53,795 nucleotides of DNA, from the IMG/VR virus record IMGVR_UViG_3300025093_000026, positions 1 through 53,795 of that record. One strand, given 5' to 3'. Under the pieces are notes generated by a model, which made no database searches, was not told the DNA's origin, and saw only the letters and a program-made list of their open reading frames with translations. The stretch comes from a virus. Lineage: Duplodnaviria > Caudoviricetes. A program made the position numbers and the translations under genes. This document shows, one piece after another, positions 44,842-53,138 of this stretch (position 1 is the first letter of the stretch; each line of letters starts with the position of its first letter).

Positions 44842-44875
44842 GCCCCGCCTTGGGAATCCTTGGCGGGGTTTTTTT
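44842..44875 (+). terminator. intrinsic terminator after MCP
   Basis: GCCCCGCC...GGCGGGGT stem followed by a T run. Confidence 0.85.
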
Positions 44876-44908
44876 ATATCCAAATTGAGATTTTTGCTTA
44901 ATATTTGA

Positions 44909-44915
44909 CTATTTA
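44909..44915 (+). promoter_or_regulatory. CTAWWTA candidate late promoter
   Basis: CTATTTA after the terminator and before the AAGGAG RBS. Confidence 0.6.
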
Positions 44916-44937
44916 TTAAGTAATAAGGAGATCTATC

Positions 44938-45225
44938 ATGGGTAGAAAGAAGAAAAGACTTAGATTATTAGCAAGACAGGCAGCTGCAGCTCCTGCACCA
45001 GCTCCTGCACCAGAGCCTGTTGTTGAGGTAACTCCTGCACCAGAGCCTGTTGTTGAGGTAGCACCCGCCCCAGAGCCCGAGCCTGTCGTCGAAACAGCTC
45101 CAGAGTGTGCTCTTGAGCACGAGCATACTGAGGATTGTTCTTCTGAAGAACAGGAGATGCCTAAAAAAGATAGATACTCAAAGCGTGGCTCAAAGAAATC
45201 AACAAAAAGAGCTAAAAAAGATTGA
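44938..45225 (+). CDS. small disordered protein, basic termini with Pro/Ala/Glu repeats
   Basis: AAGGAG RBS; PAPEPVVEV repeats encoded by 30-nt tandem repeats. Confidence 0.65.
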   Translation: MGRKKKRLRLLARQAAAAPAPAPAPEPVVEVTPAPEPVVEVAPAPEPEPVVETAPECALEHEHTEDCSSEEQEMPKKDRYSKRGSKKSTKRAKKD

Positions 45226-45240
45226 TACTCTAGTCGCAGA

Positions 45241-45247
45241 CTATTTA
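45241..45247 (+). promoter_or_regulatory. CTAWWTA candidate late promoter
   Basis: CTATTTA upstream of the neck gene. Confidence 0.6.
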
Positions 45248-45273
45248 TATAGTAAGTCGCGGAGATCAAATGA

Positions 45274-46542
45274 ATGGCATTACCAGTTTTAACACCTGTA
45301 TCGGAAACGCCGGCTACGATTTTGCCGGAAACAGGATCACTATCGATAGCAAGTGATTCCGCTAGCTATCCATATGGAGTATATGTATCCAATACAGATT
45401 TTATTTCTGGCGCCCTAGACCAAGTTAACTATACATATAGAAAACTTGGCGGTGATGTTCTAGATATTGAGCTAACTGAAAAGAATGTTTACGCTGCATA
45501 TGAAGAAGCAGTATTAGAATATTCATATTTAGTCAACATTCATCAAGCAAAAAATACTCTAGGTTCTGCCCTCGGCGCCACAACAGGTACATTTGATCAT
45601 GATGGAGAACATAAATCAGATTCTCCAATGGCTAGTATGCCAAATGTTGCCCTCAACTATCCTAAGTTTGAGTTTGGTTATGTTAAGCAGATTAGCGATA
45701 AGACAGCAACTGAAGTAGGTATTGGAGGCACAGATCCAATTTATTCTGGTTCTTTCAATACAGTACCAGGAAAGCAAGATTACGATTTACAAACCATACT
45801 TTCTGCGTCGGCAACTAATTCCAGCTCATCTTTCTATAATAAAATAGGTAATAAGAGAGTTACGATTCGTCGTGTGTTTTATAAGACACCACATTCAATG
45901 TGGCGCTTCTATGGCTATTATGGCGGAATTAATGCTATTGGTAACCTTTCAACATATGGTATGTATGCTGACGACTCGACATATGAAGTCATTCCTCCGT
46001 GGCAAAATAAACTTCAGGCTATGGCTTATGAAGACGCAATTTATACAAGAAATTCTCATTATTCTTATGAGATTAAAAATAATAATATTCGAATCTTTCC
46101 AAGACCCGGCACCTATACTCAGAGAAAGTTCTGGGTTGAGTTTACAGTAAAGTCAGATCCTTGGGAAGAGGCAGGTTCTACTGAGACTGGCACAGATGGT
46201 GTCAACAATATGAATACATTGCCGTTTGCGAATATTCCATATGAAAATATTAATTCTATTGGCAAACAATGGATCCGTCGTTTTGCTCTAGCATTAATTA
46301 AAGAAATGCTTGGACAGGTGCGTGGTAAATTTGCTACAATTCCGATTCCGGGAGATAATGTAACTTTAAATCACTCTGAGTTATTAAATCAAGCAAAAGA
46401 AGAAAAAGAAAAACTAAGAGAAGAGCTTAAGACTGTATTGGACGAGATGACTTACAGCAAGATTGAGCAGACTCAGGCAGAAATGGTCAAGGCAGCAAAT
46501 GAAATTTTAATGACAATACCTTATGGTGTATACGTGGGGTAG
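45274..46542 (+). CDS. neck protein (T4 gp13-like)
   Basis: RKLGGDVLDIELT and WIRRFALALIKEMLGQVRGKF..IPGDNVTLN..L motifs; position after MCP. Confidence 0.8.
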   Translation: MALPVLTPVSETPATILPETGSLSIASDSASYPYGVYVSNTDFISGALDQVNYTYRKLGGDVLDIELTEKNVYAAYEEAVLEYSYLVNIHQAKNTLGSALGATTGTFDHDGEHKSDSPMASMPNVALNYPKFEFGYVKQISDKTATEVGIGGTDPIYSGSFNTVPGKQDYDLQTILSASATNSSSSFYNKIGNKRVTIRRVFYKTPHSMWRFYGYYGGINAIGNLSTYGMYADDSTYEVIPPWQNKLQAMAYEDAIYTRNSHYSYEIKNNNIRIFPRPGTYTQRKFWVEFTVKSDPWEEAGSTETGTDGVNNMNTLPFANIPYENINSIGKQWIRRFALALIKEMLGQVRGKFATIPIPGDNVTLNHSELLNQAKEEKEKLREELKTVLDEMTYSKIEQTQAEMVKAANEILMTIPYGVYVG

Positions 46543-46546
46543 TATT

Positions 46547-47044
46547 ATGGCTAATGATGAAAATAAATGGTCACAGCCAGCGTCTCCTCCTCCACCTCTG
46601 TTTTTAAATCAAAAAGAGCGAGACTTAGTTAAGCAGGTCAATGATGAATTAATCGAAAGAGTTATTGGCCAAACAATTGTATATTATCCAATTGATGTTG
46701 AAAATAGTGACTTCCATCCTTTATATGGGGAAGCAATAGAAAAAACTTTTTTGCCACCAATTAGAGTTATGGCTTTGATAGAATGGGGCAATTTACCAAC
46801 AGAAACAACTCAAGTTTATGGTGTAGATAAGACAGGTAATTTAACTGCTCATTTCCACCATAGAAGACTCACAGATGATCAAGATATTTATGTTCGAGAA
46901 GGTGATTTTATTTTATACGGCGGTATCTTTTATGAAATAGTAAATGTTGACTTTCCAAAACAAATCTTTGGACAAGTTGATCACCAAATGGAAGTTTCTG
47001 CGAAATGTTTAAGAGCACGCAAGGGGTTATTCGATGCCACATGA
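46547..47044 (+). CDS. head closure / neck protein (T4 gp14-like)
   Basis: IVYYPID..LYGEA..F and VREGDFILY..FYEI motifs; synteny. Confidence 0.65.
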   Translation: MANDENKWSQPASPPPPLFLNQKERDLVKQVNDELIERVIGQTIVYYPIDVENSDFHPLYGEAIEKTFLPPIRVMALIEWGNLPTETTQVYGVDKTGNLTAHFHHRRLTDDQDIYVREGDFILYGGIFYEIVNVDFPKQIFGQVDHQMEVSAKCLRARKGLFDAT

Positions 47045-47921
47045 TAAAGATAAGCCAGATTATTCTTTTACTGATGTAGAGGATACAAGTATTATTAATG
47101 AACAAATAATACCGCCATCTACATTCGAAAATATCGACTTTGCTGTTTTTGAATTTTTTGATAATAATCTAAATATCTCCGCAACAACCAATGAGGGATT
47201 TAAGAAGGTTCCACTGTTTTGGGTTACACCAGAAAGATCTTATGCAAGAAAGTTTAGAGATCTACGCGACAACAATGGAATGGTTATCTATCCTCTGATA
47301 ACAGTTGAAAGGCAGGGCATAAACAAAGATAGGTCAAAGAGAGGCAAATACTATGCAGCTCTAGACCGTGTAAGAAGTATGAGCCAGGGTCAGCTAACTA
47401 TTTCGCGAAGAATAAATCAAGATGAAACAAACAAATTTGCAACAGCTGATGCTTATAGGAAAAGCAACCTTACTCCGCCTGATCCAAACCAAAAACGAAA
47501 AAATAAAAAAGTTGTCTATGAGACGATAACGGTTCCATATCCGATATATGTCGATATGTCTTACGAGATAACGCTATTCGCAGAGTATCAACAGCAAATG
47601 AATGAAATGGTCAATGCTATTGTGGATGGTACGAATCCAAGCAACTATTTTGTTATGGAAAGAAATAGCCACGTCTATGAAGCATTTGTCGATCCAAACT
47701 TCTCTGTTGACAATAACATCAGCGCCCTGCAAGAAAACCAAAGATTGTATAAAACAAAAATAACAACAAAGGTCTTCGCGTATACAATAGGGTCAGATAA
47801 AAACGAGAACTTGCCTAAGATAATTAAGAGACAAAACGCTGTTGAAGTTAAAATTGGAAGAGAAAGAGTTATCTTTGATTCTAAGAATCCTTTTGACGAT
47901 GATGGTTTTTACAGAGATTAA
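47034..47921 (+). CDS. tail terminator / sheath stabiliser (T4 gp15-like)
   Basis: VPLFWVTPER, YPLITVER, PYPIYVDMSYEI; lies between neck and sheath genes. Confidence 0.65.
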   Translation: MPHDKDKPDYSFTDVEDTSIINEQIIPPSTFENIDFAVFEFFDNNLNISATTNEGFKKVPLFWVTPERSYARKFRDLRDNNGMVIYPLITVERQGINKDRSKRGKYYAALDRVRSMSQGQLTISRRINQDETNKFATADAYRKSNLTPPDPNQKRKNKKVVYETITVPYPIYVDMSYEITLFAEYQQQMNEMVNAIVDGTNPSNYFVMERNSHVYEAFVDPNFSVDNNISALQENQRLYKTKITTKVFAYTIGSDKNENLPKIIKRQNAVEVKIGRERVIFDSKNPFDDDGFYRD

Positions 47922-47942
47922 TTCTTTTCGAAAATTTCTTTA

Positions 47943-47949
47943 CTATTTA
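47943..47949 (+). promoter_or_regulatory. CTAWWTA candidate late promoter
   Basis: CTATTTA upstream of the sheath gene. Confidence 0.6.
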
Positions 47950-47992
47950 CTTTATAGCAATCTACTACTACAAATTCATAGGAGATTAATAA

Positions 47993-50962
47993 ATGCCCGC
48001 AGATAAGTTTCGTTTTATTTCACCCGGTGTGTTTCTCACCGAGGTCGACCAATCACAAATTCCAAATAATGATTTGGGACAGCGTGGTCCACTAGTTATT
48101 GGACGCGCAAAAAAAGGACCAGCATTTCAACCATCACGTGTTACATCATTTGATGAGTTCACGCAATTGTTCGGTACACCAGTTCCTGGAGCAGGAGCCG
48201 GTAAAGATGCTTGGAGAAATCCTGCGAGATCAACTCCTATGTATGGCACATATGCAGCTGAGGCTTACTTAGCAAATAATCAGCCAGTAACATATATGCG
48301 CCTCTTGGGTGCCCAGCATCCTAGTGTCACTGGCGATGATGCTGGCTCAAATGGCTGGAAAGTTCCTGCAATGAATACTGCATCCGGCGGAGGCGCCTAT
48401 GGCTTGTTTATATTCCCTACAGCCTCCGGAGCTGATATTACAGTAACCGGTACTTTAGCAGCCATCTGGTATGCAAATGAAGATGTCAAGATTACGCTAT
48501 CTGGCCATCCTGCTGACGGAGCCTCCGCAGCTACAGGATCTGTTGATACAAACGCAGCGCTGCTAAAGGGCATCGGAACCAAGAAAGACTTTATTGTTAA
48601 AATTGATAATAATGGCACCGTTGAAACAAAAGCTTTCAACTTTACCAGAAATGATGTAAATTACATTAGAAACGTTTTCAACACAGATCCTACAAGATTG
48701 AATACAAATCTGTATCCTTCTAACTCTCCAATGCTGAAAGAATACGTGCTAGGTCAAACATTCGAGACAGCTGTTTCAAAACTTAGCAGTGATGGGGGAT
48801 ATCTTGGTATGATGTTGGAGTTAGCTACAGCAGATGGTACTACGGCATCAGGTGGAAATTTTGCTGGCTTAGCTGACGACGATGGTGGGCCTCAAACGGC
48901 AAAAACTGGATGGTTTTTCTCACAAGATATCGGAGAGTCAGGCAGCTTTAATCCTTTGACGAGCACAACAAATCTATTTAAGATTCATGCTCTTCAGGGT
49001 ACAGGCGAACAAACACAAGCAGAAATCAAGATTTCTATTAGAGATCTGCGTTTCCCTTCTGCGGTAGAACAAGCTTCAAATCCTTATCCGACTTTCACAC
49101 TAGAAGTTAGAAAACTTAGTGACACTGATCGCTCCAAAGTTGTTTATGAAACTTTCACTGGATTGAATCTAAATCCTGCTTCTACTAAATACATTGGTGC
49201 TGTTATTGGTGATAAGTACACAGAGTATAACGCTGTGACACTAAGAACAGAAGAGAGAGGTGATTATGATAACAAATCTAAATTTATTAGAGTTGAAGTA
49301 TCACCAGAAGTTTCTGATGGCACTGCATTACCTTCATTGATGCCGTTTGGTGTTGTTGGGCCTCCCAAGTTTAATACATTTGAAATTACTCGCCGCGGCA
49401 CACCCGTCGACGGCGCGGAGATAATCACTGGCTCAATTGATGGCTCAAATGTATTTGTTAAGCCAAATAATATGCCAAATCAGACTAACAATGCTAATTA
49501 CACAGCCAGCAATACTACTGTGGTAATGAACTTGGGTATGGGCTTGACTTCATCAATTGCAGTACTGCATTGTGAGTTCCCATCAATTCCCTTGATCGCA
49601 AGTGCATCGGATTCAACAACTGCCAATTCTCAGACAAATGCTTATTTTGGTACTGATCTGCAGTCAAGCGTTGGTGGCAAGTTAACTGCTACTGACATTG
49701 TTGATTTAAATCGTATCCTACCAACTGGATTAGATGAAACCAGCGCCCTCACAGATTATCAGTACGTGTTTACATTAGATAATGTACGCAATAGTTCTGG
49801 CGATGGCACTGGAAATTGGTCTTATGCGTCTGGCTCTAGAAATGTAGGATCTCTTACGACACGAAGCTGGACAGCTGCCAGTGGCGCTGCAAACCTAGTC
49901 AATGTTCAGGGAATTAGCAAATTCACAACCGTTCTTTACGGAGGGTTTGATGGATTAGATATTAGAGAGTTAAATCCGTTTAGAAATACTCTTCTTGGAG
50001 GTACGAACGTCGATAGTGCTAAATATACCGACGCCAGCGAAACACAAAACTACGCTGTACATTCAATTCAGCGCGCCCTCAACACTGTTAAGGATCCAGA
50101 GTATGTTGACTTTAACTTAGCTGCAATGCCTGGCATTACAAATGAGGCACTTACTGATGAGCTAGTTGATCTTTGTGAAGAAAGAGCAGATGCTCTTGCT
50201 GTTATTGATATTCAAGACGACTATCAGCCTCGTCATGAGGGATCCTCGAATAGTTACCCAGAAATGCCAGATGTTGATGCTGCATTAACTACCTGGAGAA
50301 CCCGCGACTTAAATTCAAGCTACGGAGCTGCATTCTTCCCTTGGGTACAGTCAAGAGATGCCAGATCAGGACAGCTTATTTGGCTTCCTCCTTCTGTTCC
50401 AGCATTGGGAACAATCGGCTCAAGCGCTGCAAGAAGTGAACTTTGGTTTGCCCCGGCAGGATTTAACCGAGGCGGCCTTACAAATGGCGCTGCAGGACTA
50501 TCTATTGTTAACGTTCGCAAGAAGCTTACTTCAAAAGATCGCGATCGCCTATACGATAGCAGAATTAACCCGATTGCTTCCTTCCCATCAGAAGGTATTG
50601 TAATCTTTGGTCAGAAGACACTGCAGGTAGAAGCTTCAGCGCTTGACAGAATTAATGTCAGAAGACTTCTTATTCACCTTAAGAAGAAGATTTCTATCAT
50701 TGCAAACAATATCTTGTTTGACCAGAACATTCCAGCTACCTGGGCTAGATTTAGAGGTCAAGTTGATCCGTTCCTTAACGATGTCAAGACTCGTTTTGGT
50801 CTTACGGATTACAAAGTTGTTCTCGACGAGAAGACAACTACTCCAGATCTAATTGATAGAAACATCTTGTATGCTAAGATTTACTTGAAGCCTGCAAGAG
50901 CAATTGAGTTTATTGCACTGGACTTTTTCATTACGTCCACAGGTGCTTCTTTCGAAGATTAA
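47993..50962 (+). CDS. contractile tail sheath protein (T4 gp18-like)
   Basis: SPGVFLTEVD, WFAPAGFNRG, INPI, FGQKTL, LDRINVRRL, KPARAIEFI motifs. Confidence 0.95.
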   Translation: MPADKFRFISPGVFLTEVDQSQIPNNDLGQRGPLVIGRAKKGPAFQPSRVTSFDEFTQLFGTPVPGAGAGKDAWRNPARSTPMYGTYAAEAYLANNQPVTYMRLLGAQHPSVTGDDAGSNGWKVPAMNTASGGGAYGLFIFPTASGADITVTGTLAAIWYANEDVKITLSGHPADGASAATGSVDTNAALLKGIGTKKDFIVKIDNNGTVETKAFNFTRNDVNYIRNVFNTDPTRLNTNLYPSNSPMLKEYVLGQTFETAVSKLSSDGGYLGMMLELATADGTTASGGNFAGLADDDGGPQTAKTGWFFSQDIGESGSFNPLTSTTNLFKIHALQGTGEQTQAEIKISIRDLRFPSAVEQASNPYPTFTLEVRKLSDTDRSKVVYETFTGLNLNPASTKYIGAVIGDKYTEYNAVTLRTEERGDYDNKSKFIRVEVSPEVSDGTALPSLMPFGVVGPPKFNTFEITRRGTPVDGAEIITGSIDGSNVFVKPNNMPNQTNNANYTASNTTVVMNLGMGLTSSIAVLHCEFPSIPLIASASDSTTANSQTNAYFGTDLQSSVGGKLTATDIVDLNRILPTGLDETSALTDYQYVFTLDNVRNSSGDGTGNWSYASGSRNVGSLTTRSWTAASGAANLVNVQGISKFTTVLYGGFDGLDIRELNPFRNTLLGGTNVDSAKYTDASETQNYAVHSIQRALNTVKDPEYVDFNLAAMPGITNEALTDELVDLCEERADALAVIDIQDDYQPRHEGSSNSYPEMPDVDAALTTWRTRDLNSSYGAAFFPWVQSRDARSGQLIWLPPSVPALGTIGSSAARSELWFAPAGFNRGGLTNGAAGLSIVNVRKKLTSKDRDRLYDSRINPIASFPSEGIVIFGQKTLQVEASALDRINVRRLLIHLKKKISIIANNILFDQNIPATWARFRGQVDPFLNDVKTRFGLTDYKVVLDEKTTTPDLIDRNILYAKIYLKPARAIEFIALDFFITSTGASFED

Positions 50963-50974
50963 TTTAACAAATAA

Positions 50975-50981
50975 CTATATA
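50975..50981 (+). promoter_or_regulatory. CTAWWTA candidate late promoter (CTATATA)
   Basis: Upstream of the tube gene. Confidence 0.5.
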
Positions 50982-51014
50982 TTAGTATAAACTACTACAG
51001 GAGACTAACTAAAA

Positions 51015-51662
51015 ATGCCAACACCAACTTTTTGGAATACAGCGATGACCGAGCCTAAGAGACAATTTAGGTTCTTTATTAGGTTCGGACAAATGGGCGA
51101 TGGCCCAACATTTGCGTGCAAAACTGTTTCAAAGCCGAAAGCTCAGCTTGATTCAACTCCACATAAATTTTTAAATCATACGTTTAATTATCCAAATCGT
51201 GTGATCTGGCAGCCAATTTCAGTTAGTCTTGTCGATATGGTTCAGCCTGATATGCAGGCCACATTCCTTGGAGTACTAAGACAAGCTGGCTATACATGGC
51301 CTGAAGATCTGGACTCTGCATCAACTAATATTACAAAGGCTCAAGCTACTTCTCCATTTGACAAAGTGACAATCACTCAAACCGGTCGTCCTTTGCCTGT
51401 GGGGGGAATTGGAGGCAATACCGCTGCTTTTGCAGAGGCAGATGTTATTGATGAATGGGAACTTCATAATGCATTTATGGGCGGCACCATTGACTTTGGT
51501 GGCGAGCTATCCTATGAGCAAGATGGTATGGTTGAGGTTAAATTTGATTTAATTTACGATTATGCATATATGACGAAGGCAGGTGGCCAGGCCGATGGTT
51601 GGGCTCCTGCAGCTGCAGATGGCGTATCAGCTACGTTTGCTAGCTCATTGGATGATGGATGA
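51015..51662 (+). CDS. tail tube protein (T4 gp19-like)
   Basis: EPKRQFRF, W.PISVSLVD, WELHNAF, LIYDYA; follows the sheath gene. Confidence 0.8.
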   Translation: MPTPTFWNTAMTEPKRQFRFFIRFGQMGDGPTFACKTVSKPKAQLDSTPHKFLNHTFNYPNRVIWQPISVSLVDMVQPDMQATFLGVLRQAGYTWPEDLDSASTNITKAQATSPFDKVTITQTGRPLPVGGIGGNTAAFAEADVIDEWELHNAFMGGTIDFGGELSYEQDGMVEVKFDLIYDYAYMTKAGGQADGWAPAAADGVSATFASSLDDG

Positions 51663-51677
51663 TCAATCCAAGCCAAG

Positions 51678-51684
51678 CTATATA
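51678..51684 (+). promoter_or_regulatory. CTAWWTA candidate late promoter (CTATATA)
   Basis: Upstream of the chaperone gene. Confidence 0.45.
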
Positions 51685-51708
51685 ATTAATTAAAAACAAG
51701 AGGTAAAA

Positions 51709-52569
51709 ATGGAAACCAGAAATAATAGTGCACGGCATGCTGCTCCCGCAGTAGCTGCATCCGTTGCACCCCCTGTTTCTCCTGGTGTTGAAAACACCGT
51801 TAGTGCGGAAAGTGGCGATTTACTAAACTTTATTCAGCCAACTGAATATGTAGATTTGCCTACAAAAGGTATGTTCTATCCTACAGGACATCCGCTTCAC
51901 AACAAAAGCTCAATTGAAATCAAAATGATGACAGCAAAAGAAGAGGATATTTTAACAAATCGCTCTTTAATTAAAAAAGGTGTTGCATTAGATAAAATGA
52001 TTCAAAGCTTGTTGGTTGACAAAAGAATCAATGTCAAAGATTTATTTGTTGGAGATAAGAATGCGATTGTTATCAATGCTCGTATTTCTGCATATGGTCA
52101 GGAATATAAAACAAACGTAGCTTGTCCTGAATGCGGAACAAGACAAAATTATGAGTTTGAACTAGAAGAGTTCGATGGCGAAGGAACTACTTTGCAGCTC
52201 CCAGAGGGTGTTGAGCAAAATGAACGTGGTAACTTTATAATTACATTGCCAAAGAGCGGTATTAGAGTCGAGACAAGGCTTTTGAATGGTCATGACGAAA
52301 CTCAATCAAAGAGTAAAAAAGCTCAAAACCTAACACTATTGGAAAGCTTCAATAAGTTTGTTGTTTCTCTTAATAACGTAGAGGAAAGAAGCAAAATTAA
52401 TCAATTCTTAGAAGTTATGCCTGCAAGAGATTCAAAATATTTAAGAGAAAAATATGCTGAATTGGTGCCAAATGTTGATATGAAACAATATTTTGAATGT
52501 CAAAATTGTGACTATTCTTCTGACATGGAGGTGCCGCTTTCTGCGGAGTTTTTTTGGCCTAGATCTTGA
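51709..52569 (+). CDS. tail/baseplate hub assembly chaperone (T4 gp26-like) with Zn fingers
   Basis: LPTKG.FY, MTAKEEDIL, CPEC and CQNC, ends FFWP; lies between tube and tape measure genes. Confidence 0.75.
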   Translation: METRNNSARHAAPAVAASVAPPVSPGVENTVSAESGDLLNFIQPTEYVDLPTKGMFYPTGHPLHNKSSIEIKMMTAKEEDILTNRSLIKKGVALDKMIQSLLVDKRINVKDLFVGDKNAIVINARISAYGQEYKTNVACPECGTRQNYEFELEEFDGEGTTLQLPEGVEQNERGNFIITLPKSGIRVETRLLNGHDETQSKSKKAQNLTLLESFNKFVVSLNNVEERSKINQFLEVMPARDSKYLREKYAELVPNVDMKQYFECQNCDYSSDMEVPLSAEFFWPRS

Positions 52570-52741
52570 TTATTCTGAAGCTATGTATGAACAATTATTC
52601 TCTCTTGTCTATCACGGAAAGATAAGTCTTATTGAAGCCTATAGTCTTCCGGTTGGTTTAAGGGTGTGGTTTATAAAAAGACTAAAACGCCAGTTTGATG
52701 AAGAAAAAGAGCATTATGAGAATGCTAGAAAGCGTAGATAA
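52550..52741 (+). CDS. probable frameshift-extension of the tail assembly chaperone
   Basis: +1 frame open across the T7 run (FFGLDLDY..EQLFSLVYHG..EAYSLPVGLRVWFIKRL); no SD at the internal ATG 52583. Confidence 0.6.
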   Translation, partial: FFGLDLDYSEAMYEQLFSLVYHGKISLIEAYSLPVGLRVWFIKRLKRQFDEEKEHYENARKRR

Positions 52742-52781
52742 TCCTACAATATTTAGAATAAAAGCTTTTTATCATAAAAAA

Positions 52782-52788
52782 CTAATTA
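52782..52788 (+). promoter_or_regulatory. CTAWWTA candidate late promoter
   Basis: CTAATTA upstream of the 52813 ORF and tape measure gene. Confidence 0.55.
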
Positions 52789-52812
52789 CTATACTACGTT
52801 GAGGATTAGCCG

Positions 52813-53124
52813 ATGAAAGAAATCATAATTGATTTAAACGAATACAAGACATTAAGCGAAGCAGCAACATATGCAAGTATGGGTGCACAAATAAAATATA
52901 TCTTGCAGGCTATGTTTGGAGGCTTTTCAATTCCTTTAAAAGTTAAGGGCAACAGAAGAGAGCTTGATAGTTTTATTAAAACATTATCAAATGAAAGAAA
53001 ATATATGTCTGCTTATTTAAAGTATGGCTTAGATGATCCTCGTACACAAAAGAATAAATATTTGTTGGCTAACGCTGTCAAGGGTTTTGAAAAAGAAACT
53101 GGCATAAAATGGCCATTTAAATAA
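52813..53124 (+). CDS. hypothetical protein
   Basis: GAGGA RBS; 103 aa between chaperone and tape measure gene. Confidence 0.6.
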   Translation: MKEIIIDLNEYKTLSEAATYASMGAQIKYILQAMFGGFSIPLKVKGNRRELDSFIKTLSNERKYMSAYLKYGLDDPRTQKNKYLLANAVKGFEKETGIKWPFK

Positions 53125-53138
53125 GGAAAACAATTTGA

